DNA of 64,000 bases from an uncultured Myxococcales bacterium. GTDB taxonomy: Bacteria > Myxococcota > UBA727 > JABDBI01. Every line of letters starts with the position of its first letter. Positions within the stretch are counted from its first letter, which is position 1. The stretch is from the NCBI GenBank assembly GCA_964493205.1, contig CAZBMJ010000002.1, forward strand, positions 50,238 through 114,237. Reading direction: 5' to 3'. The translations under genes and the position numbers were made by a program. Below, piece by piece: positions 17,178-26,229 of the stretch. The notes under the pieces are model-generated. The model saw only the letters and a list, made by a program, of their open reading frames with translations, was not told the origin of the DNA and did no database searches.

Positions 17178-18335
17178 AATATTTAATTTAAGAGTTAATT
17201 AATAAAATTATCACTAAGTAATCACACTTAGTCGCACAATGTTGTTATTTATCATCAGAGGTCACTGCAACAATAAACTATAATTATTTATTCCGCAAGA
17301 TTGCTAAAGCAACCAACTACTTGCTTTGTTTTAGATAATTAATTGATTAATTCACTTATTATAGTTCCGCTTTAATCAAATATAACAACTACTACAATCA
17401 TGTTACCATAATTGAGGCATATAATACGTATTATCATTATACTTACAAATCAGTTACAATATTTAGATGTCGTGTCTAAAAGCAATTGTTATACTATTGC
17501 TGATTTATATTATATGCTGCCAAACTACATACTTTACTTAGATTATATACTTACTCTTCATATTACTACTACTTCCGAGTGTATTTTCAAGTATGCTTTA
17601 CAATTCTCTACCAATTATAGGATAGGTGCGTACACTACTACTAGCACGATTAATGATGTTATTCCTACATTACATCAGCTGTTAATTGGTATGATATGTT
17701 ACTAAAACCTTTTGATTGGTGTATTTCAATATTAACAAAATTGTTAATACTCTATACTCACATAGTATAGTTCCCTGTCCTAAATGCACGATGGCTAGAT
17801 ATAATCAAAAGTAACCAGCTTTGTTTGGTTTTAACTATAATGAGGAATCCCACCTCTTTCACGCATACCACAATTAAGTGAGGAAGTGTTGCCGTTCATA
17901 AACTAGCTTAATTAGTATCTTAAAATACAAGCGTGTTCAACCTTAATAACTTTGTTATAGTCCATATTATCTAGCAAGGATAATTGACGTTACCTTGTAT
18001 TTACATCATTAGTCAAACTCAGATGCAAATGGATTTCTATAACAACATAAGTCCCCTCTTTAAACCATTAGGTACTTGTATATAACTTAAGTGATAGGAT
18101 TTATACCCATATGCTGTCCAGGAATGTAATGTTTTAATATATATAATTAAACCATTCCAGGACTTCTACATCTAGCTATTACTTTACGCAATATTGCTCT
18201 GTAAAAAGTCGGAATTGATTTAATTATCTTAACTGTTTTATTTGTATAAACATATTTAAAAAAAATTGTAATTTCTTTAATATATTCATAAGCTTCAACA
18301 TACATAAGATAATATGGATACATAAATAAACTAGT

Positions 18336-18710
18336 TTATTTTAGTTGTTGATAAAATAACTTAACAGATTGTATAGGTAAATCAGGTTTTTTCTTAGAAA
18401 ACTGCCAATGGTCATCATCTTCTCTAAAATAGTATAAGGGTTTTTTCGCATTACTACCATTATCTCTTCTAAAAGCTTTGCATAATATTTTACCTAATTT
18501 TTCTGTACTTGTATTACTAAATACTGCAACTCTACCTTCTCTTAAATCTTTTATAGTGTAAATACCAATATATTGTACAACATGAGAGTTAAAGTCATTT
18601 CTAACAAGATTAGTAAATTCTACAATATTTAAATTATTAATTTGTTTTCCACTATTTACACCAGCATTATAAAACTTAAAACAAAGTTTCTTTATACTAT
18701 TTATCTTCAT
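18336..18710 (-). CDS. Hypothetical protein (124 aa)
   Basis: Complete ORF. Confidence 0.4.
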   Translation of the reverse strand: MKINSIKKLCFKFYNAGVNSGKQINNLNIVEFTNLVRNDFNSHVVQYIGIYTIKDLREGRVAVFSNTSTEKLGKILCKAFRRDNGSNAKKPLYYFREDDDHWQFSKKKPDLPIQSVKLFYQQLK

Positions 18711-18799
18711 AACTTATAATTTAAAGGTTAAGAAAAAAGAAAACAGCAACTATTAATAAATACTAATTAGGTATAATCAATAGTGCTGCCTTCCTCAAT

Positions 18800-19312
18800 T
18801 TAATCTTGACCATATAATCCATACCATGTTAAGGTATGGTTTCCACAAGGTAGGTTCATTGTATCTTTTTGATAAAAAGTACCTAACTGTAACTCTATAT
18901 CCTTTTCAGCATCTATAGCCCAATCAGGACCATAGTACTGTAATATTACTTCACCTATTGGATCTGTAATTTTACACTGAGAATCAATTGTAGGATAAAT
19001 ACTAACCGTAAGATATCCAGTTTCAATTAACCAATCAAGATGATTCTTGAGGTGCTCCATTGAGGTATTTTCTGCGCTAATATCTTCAAGAGTATTAAGC
19101 ATATCTATATATGATTTACACTTTTTAGTATAGTGACCACTCTCACTTGTTATTTCAAGTGTTTTAGGATCACCATAGTAAATATCAGATATAGTATACA
19201 TTGATAATGTATGATTTTTTTGTTTTATAAGATCCATATGAGTACTTAATACAAACAAGGATGCAATCAGTAGTATTGTACTGATAGAAAGATTAATGTA
19301 AGAATGGTTCAT
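18800..19312 (-). CDS. Secreted hypothetical protein
   Basis: Signal-like N-terminus ISTILLIASLFVLSTHM. Confidence 0.45.
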   Translation of the reverse strand: MNHSYINLSISTILLIASLFVLSTHMDLIKQKNHTLSMYTISDIYYGDPKTLEITSESGHYTKKCKSYIDMLNTLEDISAENTSMEHLKNHLDWLIETGYLTVSIYPTIDSQCKITDPIGEVILQYYGPDWAIDAEKDIELQLGTFYQKDTMNLPCGNHTLTWYGLYGQD

Positions 19313-19330
19313 TTTTTTTGTTTTTAGAGG

Positions 19331-19954
19331 TTATTTAAATTGAAAACTAAATGTACACATAGGACTACCATCTCTATATGCAGAATACATACAATCTTTG
19401 TTTTTATGCTTCATTATATTTAACTTAGGAAATGAATCTAATTTTTCAAATTCATTACTAATACCAAATAAATCACATAATTTTTGAATAGGCTCATCTA
19501 ATATAATACCTTGTTTGTTTCTTAATGAAAAAGTTACTAAAATATGTTTATTTAATATCTTTCCTTTATAAGGTAATATATTTAACATTTTATTATACAT
19601 TTCTTCTACTATATCAAATGAATTATTTAATACTGAACAGAAATCTAAATCTACGAATCTTCTAATCTTGGCATTTTTAATATTATCATTAACAATATTA
19701 AAACGTATACCATCATAATTCTGAGCATCATTTATATTTTTTAAATAAGTTTTATGATTTAATTCGTAGATATTTAATTTTACAGACTGAGCACCAGGAT
19801 TTACAATTCTAAAATCATGTACATGTGACGCCAAATCAGGACCACATAACATTAAAATATTACTGTTTCTTACTTTAGAAGAAGAATAAAATAATGTTTG
19901 TATAAATCTTTTTCTTCTTTTTATTGAAAAGTCTATATCACAATATGATTTCAT
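19331..19954 (-). CDS. Hypothetical protein (207 aa)
   Basis: Complete ORF. Confidence 0.45.
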   Translation of the reverse strand: MKSYCDIDFSIKRRKRFIQTLFYSSSKVRNSNILMLCGPDLASHVHDFRIVNPGAQSVKLNIYELNHKTYLKNINDAQNYDGIRFNIVNDNIKNAKIRRFVDLDFCSVLNNSFDIVEEMYNKMLNILPYKGKILNKHILVTFSLRNKQGIILDEPIQKLCDLFGISNEFEKLDSFPKLNIMKHKNKDCMYSAYRDGSPMCTFSFQFK

Positions 19955-19988
19955 TTATAATAATTTAGAGGTTAATAAAATAAAAATG

Positions 19989-20059
19989 ATGATTTGCTAG
20001 GACTCGAACCTAAACTACAGAACCAAAATTTGTTGCATTACCAGTTATGTTACAAATAA
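19989..20059 (-). tRNA. Degenerate tRNA-like gene, possibly tRNA-Gln (TTG)
   Basis: Minus strand has a canonical T-arm TTAGG-TTCGAGT-CCTAG and an anticodon-loop-like TTTTGGT (T33, G37). The acceptor stem TTATTTG/CAAATCA has one mismatch, and the D and anticodon stems are imperfect. Confidence 0.4.
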
Positions 20060-20143
20060 GTATACTATATATTATAAATAGTTATTAATAATTCTTAAAT
20101 TTAGTCAAATATTTTTTGTATTTTTGTGTTATAAAATAATATT

Positions 20144-20764
20144 ATGACAAAAGAAATTTTAATACCATTAATAGAAAAAGGTCTTTCTACTTATAAAATA
20201 GCAAAAGAATTAAATTTAAGTAATTCCACTATTATATATTGGGTTAAATCTTTAGAATTATCTGATTTATATAAATCAATATCTCTTAGAGACAATTTAA
20301 AAAATACAATAAATTATAAATATTCTAAAGAAATTATAGAAGATTTTGCTAAAAATTCAAATTCATTATCAGAACTTCTTGAAAAGTTTAATCTTGTGCC
20401 ACGGGGTAGAAATTTTGATACAATAAAAAAATATATTAAATTACATAATATAGATATATCTCATTTCAATATTAATAAAAATAGAAAAGGTATAATTAAA
20501 GAACGTTCTATTAATAGTTATTTACATAATGAATTTAAAATAGGTAGTACTGCATTAAAGAAAAAACTTTATAAAACTAATCTAAAATTAAGAATTTGTG
20601 AGTTATGTGGTCAAGATGAGATATGGAATAATAAAAAAATGTCTCTTATATTAGACCATATAGATGGAAATTCTAATAATAATAATTTAAATAATTTAAG
20701 AATAGTTTGTCCTAATTGTAATGCTACTTTAGATACACATTGTGGAAAGAATAAACGTTCTTAA
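20144..20764 (+). CDS. HNH homing endonuclease with an N-terminal HTH
   Basis: CELCGQ...LILDHIDGNSNNNNLNNLRIVCPNCN matches C-x2-C...H...N...C-x2-C. The N-terminus YKIAKELNLSNSTIIYWVK is HTH-like. Confidence 0.7.
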   Translation: MTKEILIPLIEKGLSTYKIAKELNLSNSTIIYWVKSLELSDLYKSISLRDNLKNTINYKYSKEIIEDFAKNSNSLSELLEKFNLVPRGRNFDTIKKYIKLHNIDISHFNINKNRKGIIKERSINSYLHNEFKIGSTALKKKLYKTNLKLRICELCGQDEIWNNKKMSLILDHIDGNSNNNNLNNLRIVCPNCNATLDTHCGKNKRS

Positions 20765-20808
20765 ATTATTTAAACTAATGTACTACCATTATACTACAAA
20801 TCATTATA

Positions 20809-21006
20809 CTAACGGCTGTATTTAAGACAACCATTCTTAAGTTCTTTAGCTTTTGTATATCCTTTTTCTATCATATAATTTAGGATATCTAATTCATAAG
20901 ATAATAAGGATTCAAAATTCATTACTAAATCATCAAATGTGATCATGATTATTATTTTAAGATTAAGAAATATATAACCAGCTACCTCCGAAGAGGTAAC
21001 TGGCAT
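20809..21006 (-). CDS. Small hypothetical protein (65 aa)
   Basis: Short ORF at the edge of the GC-richer island. Weak support. Confidence 0.25.
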   Translation of the reverse strand: MPVTSSEVAGYIFLNLKIIIMITFDDLVMNFESLLSYELDILNYMIEKGYTKAKELKNGCLKYSR

Positions 21007-21026
21007 TAGTTTTTATGATGGAGAGG

Positions 21027-21443
21027 TTATCCTCCTACAGGCGTTGCTTGTGCAGTCACTGCATTTGCATTTTGGGAGATCATCAGCTCATCAGATGCAT
21101 TCACATTATCTGTGAATACATAATTTTGATAATAGGCACCTCCGTTAATCTGCATTTGCTCACCTGTTGTAGGATTTACAACTGCTTCCTGTCCAGGAAA
21201 GAATGGTTCAGCAGATGTTTGTCTGATGATTTTTCCTACAAGTCTTTGACCCGCAGAAAATCCTTTCAAATCAACTAATTTACCTCTGATAAAAGCAACT
21301 CTGTTGCTCTTGTTCAAGATACCATTGCTGAATGAAGTTGTGCTACTGTCTACTCTTACTGTACCCCAATCAGGGTTTTTAGTAGAAGGTGTAACAACTA
21401 AACCTGTTTGTGGATGAGCCACAACTGTTGCAAAATTTGACAT
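21027..21443 (-). CDS. Hypothetical protein (138 aa); GC-richer and Ala/Thr/Gly-rich
   Basis: ~41% GC by eye versus ~28% for the rest of the genome. Confidence 0.5.
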   Translation of the reverse strand: MSNFATVVAHPQTGLVVTPSTKNPDWGTVRVDSSTTSFSNGILNKSNRVAFIRGKLVDLKGFSAGQRLVGKIIRQTSAEPFFPGQEAVVNPTTGEQMQINGGAYYQNYVFTDNVNASDELMISQNANAVTAQATPVGG

Positions 21444-21513
21444 ACAATAAATTTAAATAATTAAATAATAAACAATTAAAAAGAACATGTGCTATTAACA
21501 CATGTCCTAACTC

Positions 21514-21939
21514 TTAAATTACTACTTCTTTCTTGCGGGATTTTTTAACTTCAGGAACTGCTGTATCCCAATCTGCAAGTAGTGCATTTTCTTCTTCTGG
21601 AGATAATATTACAGGACGTGCTTGCGCTGTTCCTGCATATGCTGCGGTTGTACTCTGAGTTGCTGTTGCTTCATAAGCTCTCTTCTCCTGTAACCATTTG
21701 ACAAATGTTTCTGATTTTTCTTTATCAACAACTGTAATGTCCAATCCATCAAGAGCTAAACCTACGTGTGCAAATGCCTGCAAAACAAATAAGTTCTGAA
21801 GATTATTCTTAAGCATTTTCCAAAAACCTTGGACATTTAATCCAGATGCTCCTGTAATCATACCATTTGTTCTCTCCACTACAAAATGATCTTTGTTAAG
21901 AGAAGATAAATCACTTAGGCTTTTAATAATTTGTGCCAT
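21514..21939 (-). CDS. Hypothetical protein (141 aa); GC-richer
   Basis: Complete ORF. Composition resembles 21027 and 23600. Confidence 0.5.
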   Translation of the reverse strand: MAQIIKSLSDLSSLNKDHFVVERTNGMITGASGLNVQGFWKMLKNNLQNLFVLQAFAHVGLALDGLDITVVDKEKSETFVKWLQEKRAYEATATQSTTAAYAGTAQARPVILSPEEENALLADWDTAVPEVKKSRKKEVVI

Positions 21940-22038
21940 AAAAATTAATTTTTAGATTATATAATAAGGTTAATTAATACAAAAGAAAAACTACCCCATT
22001 GCTGAGGTAGTTATGATCCACTACTACATGGAGAATAC

Positions 22039-22398
22039 TTAACTAGGTATCTTCATGGGTATTCCCAACAGTACACTAATGTATTTTGCTCTAATAGCTG
22101 CTATCGTGGTTGAACTATAAACTGCTGCACCATTATGGTACAGAGTATAAGCACTCCCACTATAAACAGATTGCCATTTACCTTCGGCAGTCCACTCAAG
22201 AGTTTTCTTAGAAGGTATCATTCCTGCAGATGCTTTAACAGCTTTCTCATATTCATCTATTGAATAAGATACTGTCACCATTGTGGTAGTCTTATTAATA
22301 GACTGTGCATTCGTGGATGCTGCAGCCATAATCATGAAAAGAGAAACAAGACCTATGTAAAATAGGTTTGCGTGTTTTTTAAATAATGTGTAATACAT
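22039..22398 (-). CDS. Secreted hypothetical protein; GC-richer
   Basis: Signal-like FYIGLVSLFMIMAAASTNAQS. Confidence 0.5.
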   Translation of the reverse strand: MYYTLFKKHANLFYIGLVSLFMIMAAASTNAQSINKTTTMVTVSYSIDEYEKAVKASAGMIPSKKTLEWTAEGKWQSVYSGSAYTLYHNGAAVYSSTTIAAIRAKYISVLLGIPMKIPS

Positions 22399-22465
22399 AA
22401 GTTTGATTTTAAAGGTTAATTAATAGATAGTATGCATCTTATCAGGAAACCTGAGGATGTATTGA

Positions 22466-22918
22466 CTAAAAATGTTTGTTGTAAGTTAAAGGTTTAGGAA
22501 GTATTTCTTTTACCTTTCTATAAATTTGTACAGATGTAGGGTAGGTGTTATTTAAATAATAGAAGTTTAATAGCCATTTTTTAAATATATCCCATAATTT
22601 ATCATCTAGGTATTTAGCAGTATTATAGTAATTACCTGCAAACTTATTTTTTGTTTTGTGATGAAATCTTTGATAAGTTTTTTTTAAATTTAATTCATTA
22701 AATAATTCATCCATAACCTTAATAGGTTTTTCTTTTATTTGATTAGCAAACTCATAAATGTGATTGTTGTAAGAGTATATTAAACCTATACGTCTTGTTT
22801 CACCTAATATAAATAATTTAGCAATGGTTTTTAAATCATCTATTGAATTACTTGTTGCTATTGGTGATAAACCATCACCCCAACCACTCCAGCTTAAATA
22901 TAAAATATACTTGTTCAT
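22466..22918 (-). CDS. Hypothetical protein (150 aa)
   Basis: Complete ORF with typical AT-rich composition. Confidence 0.45.
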   Translation of the reverse strand: MNKYILYLSWSGWGDGLSPIATSNSIDDLKTIAKLFILGETRRIGLIYSYNNHIYEFANQIKEKPIKVMDELFNELNLKKTYQRFHHKTKNKFAGNYYNTAKYLDDKLWDIFKKWLLNFYYLNNTYPTSVQIYRKVKEILPKPLTYNKHF

Positions 22919-23240
22919 AACTATTTATTTAGAGGTTATAAAATCAAAAGAAAAGTATCAGGACCGTCAGAACCAGTAGTCCAGTTAAGAAGGATTAAGA
23001 CTGTGTAACAATAATACATATTAATGTCATAATTAGGTGATTTTGAGGTAAATTATAGTGAGTATATTTGTGATTGTAATGTATAGGAAGCTCTATCTGC
23101 AACCAAACAGTTGCATATTCATAACTCCTTGACTATCAAAGCCTTATCTCACAATAATTCTACCTAAATTTATACATAAAGCCTGACAAGTATAGCCTAA
23201 ATAGACTATAACTATATCACTAAAGGTATAAAATCACCCT

Positions 23241-23266
23241 ATATAATCAGAGTGATGGAGTACAAA
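23241..23266 (+). repeat. Direct repeat copy 1: ATATAAT-CAGAGTGATGGAGTACAAA
   Basis: A 26-nt unit recurs three times on the plus strand in an ORF-free interval. Each copy starts with a TATAAT-like hexamer. Confidence 0.6.
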
Positions 23267-23492
23267 AAATAATTAAACTAAAAGTAAACTAGCTTAACTT
23301 ACTTGACTCATGCTCTTCTCCTAAAAAGAATGATGATTAAATAAGCTAGCTAGTTTATTAAGTTATCTATTTTGCATCCCATGCAAGAGCATCTTCTCTT
23401 GTCATGATGATTCCATTAACTGATACCATAAGATTTATATTTAGAGGTGAATAATCTTATTAATGATGCAGTATAATTAAATATAACTGCAA

Positions 23493-23518
23493 ATATAAAC
23501 AGAGTGAAGGAGTACAAA
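23493..23518 (+). repeat. Direct repeat copy 2: ATATAAA-CAGAGTGAAGGAGTACAAA
   Basis: Followed by hairpin GGAGCA-TGAGC-TGCTCC and then ATTT at 23541-23561. Confidence 0.6.
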
Positions 23519-23599
23519 AAGAAAAAAAGTAACAACAGCTGGAGCATGAGCTGCTCCATTTAAACCACTGCCTTAGTGGTACTGTCTTACTGCGCAATG

Positions 23600-23878
23600 C
23601 TACAAAGCAGCAAAGTCTGCGTCAGCAAAAATGCTGTTAGCCTTGTCTGTAGCGTAGAATCTCTCTTCACCTTGGGCGTTAGCACCATGAATGATGGTTA
23701 ATCCTGTTAGTCTGTCACCTGCTTTAATCCCTGTGCCCTTAGCAGCAGAGATAAGAATCTCTTCACCTTTGGTGGTACGCACTGCACAAAGCAATACGTT
23801 CTTAGGACTAAGAGCAAAAGCAGAAGCTGTAGCAGCATCAAATGCAGCTTTGAATGTTTGAGTTGTGTAGGATGTCAT
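23600..23878 (-). CDS. Hypothetical Ala-rich protein (92 aa); GC-richer (~45%)
   Basis: MTSYTTQTFKAAFDAATASAFAL... Strong compositional contrast with the genome. Confidence 0.5.
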   Translation of the reverse strand: MTSYTTQTFKAAFDAATASAFALSPKNVLLCAVRTTKGEEILISAAKGTGIKAGDRLTGLTIIHGANAQGEERFYATDKANSIFADADFAAL

Positions 23879-23916
23879 GATTTAAAGGTTTAATGTTATG
23901 AAATATGTACACTCAA

Positions 23917-23943
23917 ATATATCTAGAGTGATGGAGTACAAAG
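23917..23943 (+). repeat. Direct repeat copy 3: ATATATCT-AGAGTGATGGAGTACAAA
   Basis: Third copy of the 26-nt unit, immediately 5' of the start of gene 23600..23878. Confidence 0.6.
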
Positions 23944-24010
23944 CTTAATTACCACAACCGCCTAAGCATCAGCAACAACGCATTAGCAGTTGCTACTAAC
24001 AATAGTAGTG

Positions 24011-24150
24011 AGCACAACACACAAGAACAAGACAACACACAACAACAGTTGCTACCATCACACAGTACACAGACAGACACTAGGAACACACAGCACACGC
24101 TGCAGGCTGCACTGCACAGGAACTAGCACAGAGCAAAGAGAAAACTAAAC
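24011..24150 (+). repeat. A+C-rich, T-depleted low-complexity tract
   Basis: CACAACACACAAGAACAAGACAACACACAACAACAG...ACACAGACAGACAC... has almost no T on the plus strand, in a genome that is ~70% A+T. Confidence 0.5.
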
Positions 24151-24159
24151 ATAACTTCT

Positions 24160-24214
24160 AGTACCCCACCCCCACCTTAAAAGTTTAGAGCAAGGGGGGG
24201 AGGTACTTTTTTTT
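24160..24214 (+). terminator. G/C-run hairpin plus T8; candidate plus-strand terminator
   Basis: GTACCCCACCCCCACCTT...AAGGGGGGGAGGTAC followed by TTTTTTTT. A second G-run GGGGGCGGGGG lies at 24222-24232. Confidence 0.45.
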
Positions 24215-24784
24215 AGCAAAAGGGGGCGGGGGTATAGTGGTACAAGTACACAAACTCAGTACCACATTATATTTTGTAACTACAGACACAAACTCATCTA
24301 CAAAATAATTTAAAATATATTATAAAGTCCGAAAGTCCAGTCCAGCTAAAACACTATATATCCTTCGGACTGGACTTAGATACCTATACCTAAAGAATAG
24401 TTTTTAATATTTTTTAAATTATTTTCATTTTACCCCCATTTATTAAATTTATTTAGCGTATCTTTGCACTATGTTTTTGAGCATAGACTCTGTACCTACA
24501 TTTTTGAGGAGAAATCCTGGTTTAATGTAATTATCAGATGCTGCTAATTATATAGTTCAAGTTCTGAGGATACACTTAATAGTAATGAAGTATCGTTCAA
24601 TAAAACTCCTAACCTAAGTCCTATGATATGGTGAAGAGCAAACTATCAAACAAGACTATATACAAAAACATCAGGCTGGTTAAAAGAAGTAACTGTGAAA
24701 TTTTCACCGTTTAAACCCCCTATGAGCTAGCGAGTAGGGTTTCCAAGATTGGATAGCTTGAGGTATATCTAAAATTAAGTAAAT

Positions 24785-25306
24785 ATGAGAATAGAGCCTA
24801 TTATAAAGGAACTAGAAGAAGTAAAAATAAGACTAAGTAAGTTACAAGATTCTTTAAAAGAGTTTGATGATACTGCTAATAAATATCGTCAACAACTAAT
24901 AATGAAGAGTACTCAATCTGAAAAAGTTATTAAGGTGAAACTTAAATCTCTAAAAATAGATTTTGAATTTCAAAAAATTATAAAAAATAATAAAGCTTTT
25001 AGAATTGTAGATTTTTATTTACCTAAATATAATCTTATTATAGAAGTAGATGGTTTTTATCATTCTGATAATGAACAAAGAGGTAAAGATTTAATAAGAA
25101 CTAATCAATTAGCTGATTTAGGTTACGATAAAATTCTAAGATTAGATAATATAAAAGCTAAAAATATAACAGAAGCTGATTTGTTGAAATTAATTAAATT
25201 AGCTAAGCCTATAAGAAAATCTACAAATAATAAATTACAAAAAATAATAAAATATAAGCAACGTATAGAGCAACTTGAAAAGCTAGTACGAGATTTAAGC
25301 AAATAA
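24785..25306 (+). CDS. Vsr/DUF559-like endonuclease-domain protein with an N-terminal coiled coil
   Basis: AFRIVDFYLPKYNLIIEVDGFYHSDNEQRGKDLIRTNQLADLGYDKILRL matches the ...IExDGxxH...D..R...L..GW.VLR core. Confidence 0.55.
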   Translation: MRIEPIIKELEEVKIRLSKLQDSLKEFDDTANKYRQQLIMKSTQSEKVIKVKLKSLKIDFEFQKIIKNNKAFRIVDFYLPKYNLIIEVDGFYHSDNEQRGKDLIRTNQLADLGYDKILRLDNIKAKNITEADLLKLIKLAKPIRKSTNNKLQKIIKYKQRIEQLEKLVRDLSK

Positions 25307-25328
25307 ATTTTAATTTTAATCTGAATAT

Positions 25329-25366
25329 AAATCCTTAATCTTTTATTAGATTAGGGATTTTTTTGT
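25329..25366 (+). terminator. Rho-independent terminator
   Basis: AAATCCTTAATC-TTTTATTA-GATTAGGGATTT with one mismatch, followed by TTTTTTTG. Confidence 0.6.
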
Positions 25367-25416
25367 TTTACCTAATATATGTCAATTATTTTTCGTAACT
25401 TTGTGTAAATTTAAAT

Positions 25417-25572
25417 ATGTCAGAAGATAGAATAAGTGCATTTGCATTTAATGTGGCAGAACAAATAGAAGATCTTATTAATGTAAGAACAAAAAATCTT
25501 GAAGAGGATAATAGAAAATATGAGTGGGAAAACAATTATGATATAGAATCAATAGAATTTAAAGTAATATAA
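25417..25572 (+). CDS. Small ORF (51 aa), below the ORF-track threshold
   Basis: MSEDRISAFAFNVAEQIEDLINVRTKNLEEDNRKYEWENNYDIESIEFKVI. Same strand as the operon. Weak support. Confidence 0.25.
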   Translation: MSEDRISAFAFNVAEQIEDLINVRTKNLEEDNRKYEWENNYDIESIEFKVI

Positions 25573-25582
25573 ACAATAAGTG

Positions 25583-25744
25583 ATGTCAAAAACAAATAAA
25601 GCTTTTGATAGGTATATGAATCCTGATGGAGGTAGAAAGAGAAAAGAATCTCAAATACATAAATCACCTAAAGATTATAAGAAGCTAAGTAACCAAGAAT
25701 TAAAAGATTTATTAAACAAAACAAAAGATGACAATAATATTTGA
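25583..25744 (+). CDS. Small basic ORF (53 aa); overlaps the start of 25728
   Basis: MSKTNKAFDRYMNPDGGRKRKESQIHKSPKDYKKLSNQELKDLLNKTKDDNNI. Weak support. Confidence 0.25.
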   Translation: MSKTNKAFDRYMNPDGGRKRKESQIHKSPKDYKKLSNQELKDLLNKTKDDNNI

Positions 25745-26228
25745 TGATGAAATTAACGTAGATTCTGTAGAGAAATTCTGTATAGACCTAGATAACATTA
25801 TGCGAGGATTAGAAGAAGGAGAAACAGTAGACCTCTATATCTCAACCAATGGTGGACACAATGCATATATGCATGTTCTTATAAACTCTATTAATAAGTA
25901 CGCAGATAAACTAGTTATATATCTTACTGATATAATGCAATCATGTGGTTTTATTATGTTGTGGTATTTAAGAAACTTCAATATATATGCATTGCCTTCA
26001 TTTAGAGAATCTATGATACATAAAGTAGATATGGTACACAGTGTATCTAATAAACATTTTAATAGAAGAACTCAAAGAATTAATGAAGATAATAAAACAT
26101 GGTATGCTAGATGGAAAGAACTAGGACTTTCTAAAAAAGATTTAAAGAGATTTAAGAACAATAGAGATATTTACTTCTCTAGAGAACAAACATTAGAATT
26201 ATTTCCTAACATAATAGAAATAGAATAA
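25728..26228 (+). CDS. ClpP-like serine peptidase (S14 family)
   Basis: [24 protein letters not shown] aligns with ClpP [33 protein letters not shown] aligns with GQAASMG (Ser). MIHKV aligns with MIHQP (His). Confidence 0.65.
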   Translation: [166 protein letters not shown]

Positions 26229-26229
26229 A

